This document shows, piece by piece, positions 12,701 through 24,603 of a DNA stretch of 64,000 nucleotides. Origin of the DNA: Antedon mediterranea (lineage: Eukaryota; Animalia; Echinodermata); the NCBI RefSeq assembly GCF_964355755.1, contig NC_092670.1, positions 14,060,795 through 14,124,794 of the forward strand, read 5' to 3'. How positions within the stretch are numbered: the stretch's first letter is position 1; every line of letters starts with the position of its first letter. The notes below the pieces were generated by a model, which worked only from the letters and a program-made list of their open reading frames with translations, did no database searches and was not told the DNA's origin. The position numbers and the translations under genes are program-made.

Positions 12701-15543
12701 CAGATGTAGGATGGGTGACCAGTGCTTGTGTCACAACAACTCTCATACTGTAACTTGTTTACAAGCAGCATGGGGACTGCCCTGGATAGCCTAATTCTTT
12801 CTAAAAGGAGACAGAGCCAGACAGTGGCAAGGAACTAATATAGACTTGTTGATTTGCTCTCAGAGAAAGAGCGAGAACATGTTTTGAGCCTGAATAACAC
12901 ACTTCTCAATACTATATATACCAGTAACTCGTCATTAGCCTATGAGTATATATTCTGATGATGCCAATATAACAAATCCCATTATACACTTACAAAAATT
13001 TCTGTTTCAAAATCTTGAAGAAGAAAAAATGTTGATTTATTACTATTATTATTTATAGATTCCAGGCTTTGATAGAAAGGGAGTGGATTCAAGCAGGCCA
13101 TCCCTTCACAAGTCGCTGTTACAAATCTGCATTTAACCCAGCAAAGTTTAAGTTTGTTGGACCTGTCTTCCTCCTGTTTCTTGACTGTGTTCATCAGGTA
13201 AGTTATTTATTTGGGCAATTCTTTTCTAATGCCTACCTCAATTTAAAGAGCTTTGAAACACCCACACCAACCAAATTATTGTGACATACATACAGTGATA
13301 TGTGCAGACATCATTGCTGGATCCAGGATAATATCAAGTCTAGTAAACCTAATTTCTTTATTTGCAGATTCATGAACAATTTCCGTGCTCTTTTGAATTT
13401 AGTGATAGATTTTTGATATTTTTGTTTGAACATGCATATGCATCTCAGTATGGTAAGTACTAATGTATTATATACACAGATATAAAATGTATCGAGTCTA
13501 AAGAACTCCATAAAGCTTATATAGAAGATGATGCTGATGTGATGTTTCTTTTTGGTTGTTAGTGATAGACAAGGATGTGAACTTCAGTTATATTAAATCA
13601 TTTTCTTGTTTCAGGGACGTTCTTGTGCAATAACGATGCAGAACGAATGAAAGTAAAGCTTCCAACAAAAACGATGTCATTATGGTAAGAATGATTGAAA
13701 GGTCATGTCCTTTCTCCAAAACAGTATTGTACGCTTACCAATTTCACTCACTCTCTCTTTGTTTGTGTTTTCTATCTAGGTAGTTTTGACCACTCAAATT
13801 GTCTTTTAAATTTCCTAGTAAAAATTCTGTCCCAGTAAAACAAATAGTGATTTTTTATATTCATGCTATGGTACAAATAAATTAATTTGGTTAATTACTG
13901 GACTGTATTATTTTATTTTTTAACATCAAAGCCTTAGAATTATATCCTGTCCATTTGTATTTTCTCTGTGGCTGCGACACATCAGTTCCACGCCCCTTAA
14001 CAGACACAGCGTGGCACAAAGATGTACATACAGTAGTACAGTACTGTTGGTATTTGTCGCAGCCAGACATAAGATCAAAGGACAAGCTCAGTGTCCTGTT
14101 GTTAGATCAAACAGGATTCAACCAAGCATCACAACTTCTCTCAATATGACCTTTTCTATGTTTTCTTCCAGGTCATATGTAAATAAGCCAAACATACTGG
14201 AGACATTCCTAAATCCACTGTACCAGCCAAATAATGCGGTATTATGGCCAAGTGTAGCTGCTCAGAGTTTGGTAAGATTTAATGTAGGAATTATCAATAG
14301 TAGTGGTGATTAACATGCTTGCCTTCCAATCCCAATTCATGGGTTCAATCCTGACCTAGTATCAGGGTTTTTTTACTTTACTACTGTACCAGCCTCAAAT
14401 AAGGCACAAAAAAAAGTATATACTTGTTAAGGGTCACCGCCTTCCCCAGACAAAAAATTGTCTGAAAACTGCCATTCCTCCCCTGAAAATTATTCAGTGG
14501 TTGGCCTAAGTATGATAAATTATAGTTCATCCATTCTGTAATAAGTTTCTCGCTGTGGATGCATTCTCTGGGGTCCATATATATATTTTAAATCAGCATT
14601 CTGATTTTGTGTTAGACTGGCTTACTGAGCAAAGCTTTTTTTTTTCATTCAGACTTTATGGTCAAGTTTGTTTCAAAGATGGGAACTGGATTCAAGACCA
14701 TTTGATGATGCCTACATGGAGATAGGAAAAATAAGAGAACAAGACAAGACTCTAAAGTCACAGGTACAATGGTTAAGAAGGTAAGTGAATTTTGGACGAG
14801 TGCAAAAGAATATGGTAAAACAATATGATGTGCCCATATATGGACATGGTGATGTCATATCATTAAAGAGGTTTCGCAATCTTACAAATATGATAACGAA
14901 AAACGGATACGTCATGCACACGTATTCGTTTTCTTAAACCAGTAAAAATCTGTTTCGCATGGAAACGAAATATTGAGGGTGCCGTCCAAAATATGACTCT
15001 GGTAAATTTGAGCAAAGCGCAGGTACGTGTTGCTTGGTGGCCTAGGCCTAGCGTAACATAAAAGCGAGTGAGGACTTTAAAAACTGCTATTTATCAAAAT
15101 TGACCTGGCATTTTAGTAAATTAATTTAGTAAATTACTTTCAATAAATCTATAATTATATTATTATAATCATGAATCATTCCTGATTCAAATGCAAAATG
15201 TGCAACACGAATACGCTTTATGAATATGAAATGGGGATCAGCTCAAAAGTTTCACAAATGTGTGACGTCGTAAGGTTGCGAAACCTCCCTACTACCATGA
15301 TATTTGAGCACATCACACATTTGTTTGTAAAATTTGTTTGATAGTGTAAACAGACCTTTACATCACCACACAAACCAACATGTGAAGCATATTATATTTA
15401 AAATGCTTATTTGCAGATATGACAGAAATAGTATTTGAATTGAAAGTGAGAATGAATTTTAATTGGTTATCCTTTCCTTTTTTTTTAGGGAGTTGGCAGA
15501 GTTACAAAAAGAGGCATTACACAGAGGACTCATCAGTGAATAG
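6736..15543 (+). CDS. MTMR9: Myotubularin-related protein 9 (catalytically inactive myotubularin), about 550 aa, 14 coding exons
   Basis: Exons 6736-6882, 7477-7636, 7968-8116, 8577-8705, 9172-9328, 9734-9838, 10465-10590, 12484-12586, 13059-13197, 13368-13452, 13615-13684, 14172-14271, 14653-14780, 15489-15543; all GT-AG with consistent phases, total 1653 nt. Translation is colinear with vertebrate MTMR9 ([88 protein letters not shown]). The active-site loop reads [10 protein letters not shown] instead of HCSDGWDRT, so the catalytic Cys and Arg are missing. Confidence 0.97.
6907..7377. mobile_element. PIF/Harbinger-like MITE in the intron after the first MTMR9 coding exon
   Basis: Terminal inverted repeats TACCCCTTTCACACCAAAA / TTTTGGTGTGAAAGCGGTA, flanked by TTA on both sides (6904-6906, 7378-7380). 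The motif CCTTTCACACCAA recurs internally near 6972, 7204 and 7305. Confidence 0.8.
8795..8955. mobile_element. MITE family with TIR AGCWCTGTCTACACTATCAAAC (other copies about 14813-15357, 42856-44978, 42916-44850, 47329-47407)
   Basis: CTGTCTACACTATCAAACT...AGTTTGATGGTGCAGACAAAGCT inverted ends; internal GTGATGTGCCCA and GACATCATCATGTCCATATATGG blocks shared by five copies in the window. Confidence 0.85.
10575..12269 (+). repeat. 87/88-bp tandem array built from the 3' end of MTMR9 coding exon 7, its splice donor and the start of the intron
   Basis: GTAGATAG donors at 10591, 10679, 10766, 10854, 10941, 11029, 11117, 11205, 11292, 11380, 11467, 11554, 11642, 11729, 11817, 11904, 11992, 12079, 12167, 12252; units are nearly identical. 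Confidence 0.97.
14305..14372 (+). mobile_element. tRNA-derived SINE fragment (tRNA-Gly(TCC)-like head)
   Basis: GGTGATTAACATGCTTGCCTTCCAATCC...GGTTCAATCC (B box); homologous to the minus-strand copy at 26615-26697. Confidence 0.55.
14864..15291. mobile_element. Non-autonomous TIR element nested inside a copy of the AGCWCTGTCTACAC MITE
   Basis: GAGGTTTCGCAATCTTAC...GTAAGGTTGCGAAACCTC inverted ends; host MITE sequence is split as GTCATATCA | CTACCAT. Confidence 0.8.
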
Positions 15544-17188
15544 TGGACTGTCTAATACATTTTGTACAGTAAATATCATACCACCAGCATATATTGTGGT
15601 AAAGAAAATTACAGTATGGAACTTTGGCAGAAAAGCAGAACTTGGGCTGAAAACAGAACTCTGACCGAAAATCAGAAATTTGGCTGGACTTTGTGCCCAT
15701 AAATGTCGAAGTAGTTATAGCTATTGGTATATATATATAATGTTTTAAAATTGTAAAAATGTACAGAATATGAACATATATTAGATGATGGTAAAACTAA
15801 AAAAAGTTCATGCACTGTTCTTTTAAAGGTCAGTGCAGGTTTGACATCACAAGGTCATCTACTGTATTTATTTCTTATATGTAGTTGATGCACAACTACT
15901 CGCGTTTTGATCGCTTACACGATTATATGTGTATCCCATGGTCTGTCATTCCTCTCGCAAACATGATACAAAAATACATCAATCGAAGGCTTAATGACAG
16001 ATCATCGGGCTACCGAAACGATTAGCGAACGTAATGTCTACCCAAGACAAATTGCGTAATAGATGATGGCAGTATGACCAATAGTAGCTATACTGAACAT
16101 GCTGAATTTTAATTGGTGCAAAAAGGCACCAGTTGCCCTTTCACAAGGTCACAATGTAATAAAATACAGTAATATAATAAATATGAATAAAATTATTTTC
16201 AATATTGTATACTGTATGATTTATAATATAATGCAGCTAATAATTCAATGATTTATGTTTTGTGTGTTTGTCTGCAGTATTGTTTGAAGGTATACAATGA
16301 ACGTTTACATGCATTTTGTAAAGTACACATTTATTTACAGTTGTGTAAAATGAGAAGAAAAATTCAATTTTACTATTAAACAAATAAAATATAAAACTTT
16401 GCTTCTGTGGGCATAACCATTTTCATAGTATGTAAACAATCACATCTGAATGTATCCCTGTAATAGGACCCTTTTAACTATTGACCAGCTGCACTAGTAA
16501 ATGAGCCTACAGTAGCTCATGGAACTTTCGCTAATCATACCCAACAGGCACATTAATGTGTTAGGCTAGGCCTAAAACAAACTTGGTTCATGTTGCTTGC
16601 TCTATAGTTGCATTCCACTGTTGGGGGAAGAGACCCCTCCTGGCTACGTGCTTAAGGTGAAGCAAACACACTATACTAAAAAACATGCATACTGTATCTG
16701 ATATCTATGACTGGAATATTCTCAACTACTATTGCCAATCAAACTGTTTTAGGGAAATTCTTGAGATTTTACCTTTACTTTTTTTTTAGCCAAATGTGTT
16801 TGTATGGCTTTGAGAATACATATGTACATGAAAGTTGCAACATATGCAATGTTTAGCTTATGCCAAGTTGCATTTCATTCCAAGTGACATCATCTGATAT
16901 GCAAATAACTTTGCTTTATTGTAAAGTTGATGGATATACAGTAGTACTTAGTGTGAACTAAAATTATCACAATATCAAAAATTAAAACTTCATTTTTTAA
17001 TTACAACACATTATTACATACAGGTATACTTAAAAGTTAGCTGGCATGATTTTACAATACAATTTCATAAAATATGTACATTTCAAAAATTTTAAAAAAC
17101 AAAAATTTAACACAAATTTCTATAGTAAATATGTTTTTTCAAACAAAACAACTCTTTCTGCTATAATAACATTGCCGGACAGGTTTCC

Positions 17189-20100
17189 TTACTTCCTGGA
17201 CACATTTGATCTTTTATCATGCTCCTATTGAGTAAACAAAATCAAACAATTAGACAACACAATAACTGAAATGATTCTCAATTGCATTTTGGGTGAATTC
17301 AATCAATTAAAATCTCAAGACAAGACAAAAAAACCCATCCATCCTGAGGAACAATGAAGGAATTATACAAACCTTATACTATACTATAACCAACTAGATA
17401 TCTATGGAAAGACCGGGATATTTAAGTACAGTACTTGCGGAAACACTAACCTTTCTACTAGTCTTTGTTCGTTTGTCAATAACCTTTGATGTCTTGCTAC
17501 CTTTCTTGCCATCATACATATCATGTTTCCAGCTTGGTGAACTTCGTTTAGGACCACGATTAAAGAAAGCCGTTCCTCGACTGCTTCCACGACCAGAAAA
17601 TCCCTTTCTACCCGCAAACCCACGACCAGCAAAGCTTGAACCTCTACTAAAACCACGGAAAGTAGAGCTGCCGCGTTTCCTGAATTTAGAAAATTCTGGT
17701 TTGGGCTTTGAAGAAAGAGCTTTATCCGTTCTTTCTCGGTCATCATGCTTTGGGGAAAAAGCAATATTGTAAGTTACATGTAACAATTGGTTAATTGTTT
17801 TTCAGTCAACTTCCAATAATAATTTTGACATCATACCTTATGCTTAACACCCGGCTAAAAAAATTCATCAAACTAACTCACCTCAAAATACTGATTACTT
17901 CTTGGTATACTGGTTGGATCAAATTTCCATTTTTCGATCTCATTCAACTCCTTACGAAAATTTGGTAGTTTATTTTCGGATTGGTCTGCTAACTTCCTCA
18001 ATCTATCGTTCACAGAATGATCTTCTGACGGAGCACTCATCTTTCTAGAACCTTGCTGAGATTTTGATCGTGATCTCTGGTAACTTCTTTCTTTGCTACT
18101 CTCTTTACGAGAGTGGTCTTTATTAGGAGATCTCCGTGACTTAATACAATGTCTCAGATCTCCTGTCGGCAAGCCATACATCTGGTCATCATTTCTTTGA
18201 GGCTGAAGGTTTCCCTGGACCACATTGTGTGGTTGATGATCAATCTGGTTATATGTTTGGTGCTGTTGTGGCTGCGGCGGTGGCGCTTGGTAAGGATTTT
18301 GGTTGTACTTGGCTCCAGTTATACCAATTTCCTGATTTGACAATGAGCTATATTGAAACATTGTATTGTTACTCTGATAATGACCAACGTTACTGACTTG
18401 TTCCATATGGTGTTGTTTCTGCTGTGGTATATTCGGCATGTAACCAGTTGTGTCTTTAGTGTTTTTCACCGAAACCACTCTACGTTCTTCATCCATATTA
18501 TCTTGAGTATCATAATACGATCTCTGCCGTAATTCTGGACGATCAAATATTGGCTTGGTACCTTCATCCTTCCTACGAGGAATCACCAGTGCCTCCACGT
18601 TAAATATGTTACGTGGTGGAGATGGCTTTGCAGTATTAATGTTGATTCGTATTTCAGAAGGATCTATGTCATGGTGTTTCTTCCTGCTGCCTGTTCTTTG
18701 TGGTGGTTGTGGTGATGGAGATGAAGATCTGCTTTCATTTCTTTCTTTATATCTTTTTCCTTCTTTTCTTCTTTTTGACTGCTTATATTCATCTGAACCT
18801 CTTCTATTTGCATCTTTTCCTCGACTTCTGTTGTCATACTGATCAGGTGAGGAACGTGGTTTCCTCTGAGCTTTTGCATCAGACTCTTCATTCCTGCTGC
18901 GTTTCTTTGGAGTAACAGATCTGTTTCTTTTATTTTCAGGGGAGTAAGATTCACGCCTATAACCATCTCTTTTAAGTTTTCTCTGATTTTCCTCTGGTGA
19001 ATATGATCGGTTGCGCTGTGTTTTCTTTGGTACTGGTGACACTTTTCGTTGTGGCTGGTCATATTTTGATCTATTCTGAGGTCTATATCTTGGAGATGAA
19101 CTTTTATTATATTGTGATGATCTCTTCCTATCCATAGATCTTGATCTTGACCTGGACGCAAACCTGAAAAACAAAATAAATGTAACATACATAAAAGTAC
19201 TATACACAAATTAATTAACTAAAGCACTTCAAGCAATTGAACAAAATGTTAACAAAACCTTACTAGAATGTTGCAACATCTCAGCGCTGTTGAAAGTCTA
19301 CAGTTTTTACTGCTTTATACTACCATCCAGCAAACTAGCATCTTCTACAGTACTGTGGTACTGTATATCACACATATACAGGTACTAAATGCAAACTTTA
19401 ATACCCTCCACAAACTCTAATGGATTAAGTGCCTTTTGTGTTAAAAGCATAGCATATGTATCTTTACCATTTCCTTATGCAGTATGTTACTGTTAAAATA
19501 AACATTTAGTTCTGCATTTAGTACCCTATTCTGTAATGCATCTTGCATGAAATAATTTTTTCAGTTTAGTAAATAATGAAGTCTTGCATGAAATATCTTT
19601 TCCATTAGAGTAAATGATGAGTCTTGCATGAATTACCCTTTTCCATTAGAGTAAACAATAGAGTCTTGCATGAAAGTACTCTTATCAATTAGAGTAAACG
19701 ATGGAGGCTTGCATGAATTACTCTTTTCCATTAGAGTAAATGATGAGTCTTGCATGAATTACTCTTTTCCATTAGAGTAAACGATGGAGTCTTGCATGAA
19801 ATACTGTTTTCCATTAGAGTAAATGATGGAGTCTTGCATGAAAGTACTCTTATCAATTAGAGTAAATGATGAGTCTTGCATAAATTACTCTTTTCCATTA
19901 GAGTAAACGATGGAGTCTTGCATGAAATACTGTTTTCCATTAGAGTAAATGATGGAGTCTTGCATGAAAGTACTCTTATCCATTAGAGTAAATGATTGAG
20001 TCTTGCATGTCTACTCTTATCCATTGGAGTAAACGATGGAGTATTGCATGAATTACTCTTTCTATTAGAGTAAACGATGGAGTCTTGCATGAAAGGACTC

Positions 20101-22645
20101 TTATCCATTAGAGTAAACAATGGAGTCTTGCATGAAAGGACTCTTATCAATTAGAGTAAACGATGGAGTCTTGCATGAAAGTACTCTTATCAATTAGAGT
20201 AAACGATGGAGTCTGCAATGAATTACTCTTTTTTATTAGAGTAAACGATGGAGTCTTGCATGAATTAGTCTTTCCATTAGAGTAAACAATGGAGTCTTGC
20301 ATGAAGTACTCTTATCAATTAGAGTAAACAATGGAGTCTTGCATGAAGTACTCTTATCAATTAGAGTAAACGATGGAGTCTGCAATGAATTACTCTTTTT
20401 TATTAGAGTAAACAATGGAGTCTTGCATGAATTACTCTTATCCATTAGAGTAAACGATGGAGTCTTGCATGAAGTACTCTTATCCATTAGAGTATAAACG
20501 ATGGAGTCTTACATTAATTACTCTTATACATTATAGTAAACGATTGAGTCTTGCAAAAAGATTGAGTTTTGCATGACTACTCTTTTTTGTTTGGGTAAAA
20601 CATTGAATTTTAAATCATGAAGAGTACAGATCGAGTCTTGCATAAATACAGTACTCTTCACTGTAAAGAGTAAACGATTGAGTTTTGCATAACCTACTCT
20701 TTTCCATAAAGATACATAACCAATCAAACCTTGTTTATCACCCATTGCACCATCTACTGACATTGTCCCGAGTCCAATTGAAGTTCACTGCTAGTTTTAA
20801 GTGACTTGTTTTAATCTTTCATAATGTATACTGTCAAGTTTAGTTTCAATTCCAAACTCTCTGGTTGCATTCGATTTCCTCCATAGCTCTTACATCCTTT
20901 CATGTTTACCACAAAGTGATGATACTTATAGGATGCATAGAACTACTCTTCATCTCACCTTTTTGTGTTATGAATTATGATGACAGTATCTCCTCTCTCC
21001 TCAGGTGTCAAAAATTTATTATTCATCGAAGGCTCCTAACATCAAAATTTTCTACACTGTTGCTCTTCGTTTCTTCAAACATGTCTTATACAATACAATG
21101 ATCTTCTTTTGTATGTTCTATCTGACAAGCTTAATACAAATTGTCCTTTTCGTTTTTCTTCTGATCTGCACTTATTCTAAGTATTATCCGTTTATTTTCT
21201 CAATGTGCCATTTTTACTCAAATAGTATGTCCTTTAATGTAGAAAGTTAAGGTTTGAATAGCACCCTTTCTTCCTATTTTCAAATGTTTCCATATGAAAA
21301 TATCACTGTTAAAAAATCTAAAAATATTTTTTCATTTGTCAATATTGTCGCTGCTGAGTATTTCTGGGGTCTATATGGTTTAAATTTGTCTGCATTTAAG
21401 TTTTTTTCATTTCAGAAGATCGAAAATTTTTTAGGCTTCTTCCTGTGTCCTCAACCTCCATGCTATACTCATATTGTTACGTTATATTTCCTCTTTGATT
21501 TGTTTGCTTTTACCTTCCATGTACAGTACAATACATCTTACACAAAATATAAAATTTCTTCTTCTTGTTCTTTTGCAGTGGCCTCTGTAATTTATCATAT
21601 TCTGTTCTTGATTGATAAACAACACTTCCCTTTGAAGGTGATGTCCAGCTTCTTACATATTCCAGCCTCACCTCTAATTGTTTCCGATCTAAAATATCAC
21701 CTCAATCTTTTGCTGTTCTTGGTAGCAAGAATACTTTACTGGTGGTACATTCCTTAACAATAACATACTGCTCTCTGCTAATATGTTGTGGAATGACGAC
21801 TAGTCTGATTCAATAAATCAATCTAGACACCAAAAACACAGCATGGTGACTGAGAAAACTGAAGCATCATGGTCAGCATAGGATATCTGTTGATCATTAC
21901 AACACCATCCATTGCTGTTTTATATTTTATTTGCCCGACACATCTAGAGATTAGCTAGCTAGGTCTAACACCTCCTTGCTGACTAGACTCTAGTAGGTCT
22001 AACCACATGTAGTTTGTTGTTACTTCAATTCCAAATGGAGCTTTCTTTCTCGCTCTGCTTTGACCTGATATTTAGTGCAAAGTGGTATATATGCCCATCT
22101 TTATTGAGCAACATCAGCACTTAAACCATGGCTGACAGTGAAATATATTTTCAATGTCTGCTCTATGGTGTGTTTCCAGATTCTACCATACCACATCATT
22201 GACCATGGTATGGATGTCAGAAGAGACATCTCTTCAACCTTTGGTGTAGTAATCACACAATAGGCTTTTTTTCTTTCAAAAATTTATTCTCAAAAACATT
22301 ATCTTCACTTGCTGCCATGACAACCACAGTACAGTATTTCTTTAAGCACTGCGGTTAAGTCTACACTTAATCCATCAACTTATTCTGAATGAAATAAAAG
22401 AACATCATAAGTGTAAAGTATTCAATATGATTCTGCAATCAATTCCATATCTTCTCAGAAATGTATATTTTATTACAATTTGTAAATTTCGATGGAATTT
22501 TGATTCTGGAATTCAATTGTTGTTGGAGATTAATTACATTATTTCTATTGTTTATTAGTTACCTTTTTTTTGTACCATACCTATCACCTTGTGGGGATCC
22601 TGAACTTGAATTCCTGCGCCGTTTAGGAGAATTCCAGCGTGGCAT
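17189..22645 (-). CDS. BCLAF1/THRAP3-family RS-rich RNA-processing protein with Btz/SELOR-like C-terminal motifs, about 560 aa
   Basis: Exons 22645-22581 (MPRWNSPKRRR...; exon acceptor at 22723), 19163-17882, 17747-17451 and a tentative last exon 17224-17189. Alternatively exon 3 reads on to the stop at 17394. Features: RS-rich N-terminus, GDLRHCIKSRR (compare DLRHDIxRRRK), DPTSIPRSNQYFE|HDDR, an RG-rich tract and SSPSWKHDMY (compare SSPKWTHDKY). The last exon is uncertain. Confidence 0.82.
19538..20710. repeat. ~39-40-bp minisatellite (GAGTCTTGCATGAAxTACTCTTxTCCATTAGAGTAAACGATG), roughly 28 copies, intronic
   Basis: Visible periodic GAGTCTTGCATGAA; copies degrade toward both edges. Confidence 0.95.
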
Positions 22646-23269
22646 TGTGACTTTAATCTTTAAAGGCTAGTTCCGAACAAAAATTAGGCCTTGGCCTTAT
22701 ACAGAGAGGTGTTTTTTTTTACCTGCATAAAGTAATGATACAAAATAATTTACAATATGTTACAATCTTGCTGGTGTTAGGTGCAGTTAGGACCCAGGCC
22801 TAAATAATAATAATTAAACAATTTGAATTGAAACATAACATCCTACTTTGGTTACTATACTTGGTAGATAGACCCGGTCTGTAGTCCCCGACTACAGAAA
22901 AATTAGTTTTATTTAGCTAGGCCTAGGGGGCCTAGGCCTAGACTTTATATTATTAATGCGCCATCAATTCAAGATTGAAGACTACGACAAGCTAGGCCTT
23001 TTTCGCCTGGCTTTTTAGCTACTACCTAGGGCTTAAGCTAGCGTTCTTCTTTTGGCCCTCACTCCTCCTAGCCTTGGGTGGGAGGCCTAGCCGAGACAAG
23101 AGTAGTTAGCCTGCCTAGCTAGGCACTTTGGCCTGGGCTAGGCCCTCTCCTAGTTAGCTAGCTAGTAGTATAGAGGCCTAGCCAGGCCTTTGTTTGCGGC
23201 CCTATTTATATATACAGTATAATGTGGTATTCGTAGCGTAAGCTTTCGAATTACATCAACTTTAAACTC

Positions 23270-24603
23270 ATAAACTTATATAAGTATTTAAGTTAAGTTT
23301 TTTAGTACAGTATTACCACAAAATAAAACAGAAACCGCAGCAAACGCACGCATATCATACACGTCGTCTTCGTAGTTTTTTGTTGCGTGTCATCAGCGGC
23401 TGGAGAGGAAGTCTAAGCAGATGTCTAAGCACGTTATTATTAGAGGGGGCTATGTCGTTTTTGTTAATCACAATTAATTTGAGTACAGTAGGAGGTGGCC
23501 TTGTTTTTGTTTACAAGATGTATTGTCCCCCTGAAAAAATAATTCTGAATCTTTTTTTTTTTATATTCCACTTTAATGTAACATATTAGTTATCCACTTT
23601 GACCAATTGGAACAAAAAAAATGTATTTACCTGAAAAAAATGTAATTTATAGCAAGAAATGGTCAAATTGGCTGCCAGCCAATGGATTTTTGGTTGAATT
23701 TAACCATTTGGCATTTATTTTGTCATTTTATAGGTGAAAATAATTTGTTTTTCTACATGGAAGTGATTAACTTTATTAAAGCTACAAAATAACATATTCA
23801 AAGTCTAATTTCTAATTAATCTTCATTTTTCATATTTTTGTGAGACAACATCTTTAAGTGTATACAAAATAAATGTTTGGCATGTTTTTAATAAATTACA
23901 TACTTAACATATATCTCAATGGAAGTTTTTTACCTGTTTGGTTTGGGATATCCTTGCTATCAGACTTAATTTTTTTTGTTATTGTACTACTTTTTTAAAT
24001 CTTTTTATTTTGTAATAATGATTATATTGTTTGCCTTTATGTATGTGTAACTGATAGCTACATAAAGTCAAATCAACTATTTAAACAAAATCTAATCTAT
24101 TTCCTTCTTCACAAGCCCAAAAGTGGAAACAAATATTAAATAGTTATTAAATCTATCTACCACAGTAATTAAGTTCATACTCAAAGTTATAGTAAATAAA
24201 AAGTAACAATGCATATCATAATGTTTACATACTACAGTGTAGTATTAAATATTATATAGTTTATAATGTAACGGATTTTTATCAGAGACCCATAAATATT
24301 TTATTATTTATGGCTCTCTGATAGAAATAGTAACATTAAAAAATGTTGCTATAGCCCCCTCTCTATGTTTGTTTGACGTGCAAACCTGGATGGACAGTAC
24401 CATTATATGTGGAGGGGAAAACATTTATAAAAATAACAAAAATATGTAGACCAACAAAAGGTGATTCTAAACAACAAAGGTGGTTCGTGTCGAAATTAAC
24501 AAAAAGGTTTGTACAGTTAGTTTGTTTTTGTTTCGTATCAAATATTTAAGGACGTTTTTAAACGAAAAACTGGAATTATATCTGTAAAATGTAAACAATA
24601 ACC
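23270..24603. promoter_or_regulatory. Divergent promoter region shared by the BCLAF1/THRAP3-like gene (-) and the Vac8-like gene (+)
   Basis: Both genes have their ATG in an exon preceded by an acceptor (22723 on -, 25771 on +), so non-coding first exons must lie between them. CpG-containing patches near 23340-23430 and 24370-24700; strong donor ACC|GTGAGT at 24604. Start sites are inferred. Confidence 0.6.
23516..23853. mobile_element. Kolobok-like non-autonomous element (same family as 35124-35471 and 52597-52856)
   Basis: Starts AGATGTATTGTCCCC, ends GAGACAACATCT followed by TTAA; body colinear with the copy at 35124. Confidence 0.8.

Noticed and set aside
17873-19207. 444-aa ORF as a stand-alone gene starting MYSTF
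   Set aside because: Its first residues are intronic pyrimidine tract; the exon starts at 19163 and ends at the donor at 17881.
20236-20497. Periodic ORFs on both strands of the 39-bp minisatellite
   Set aside because: A unit length divisible by three keeps frames open locally; neighbouring 40-bp units break them and no splice signals fit.
21254-21757. 167-aa Phe/Leu-rich ORF
   Set aside because: Arises from the pyrimidine-rich strand of an intronic block; no ATG start and no recognisable family.
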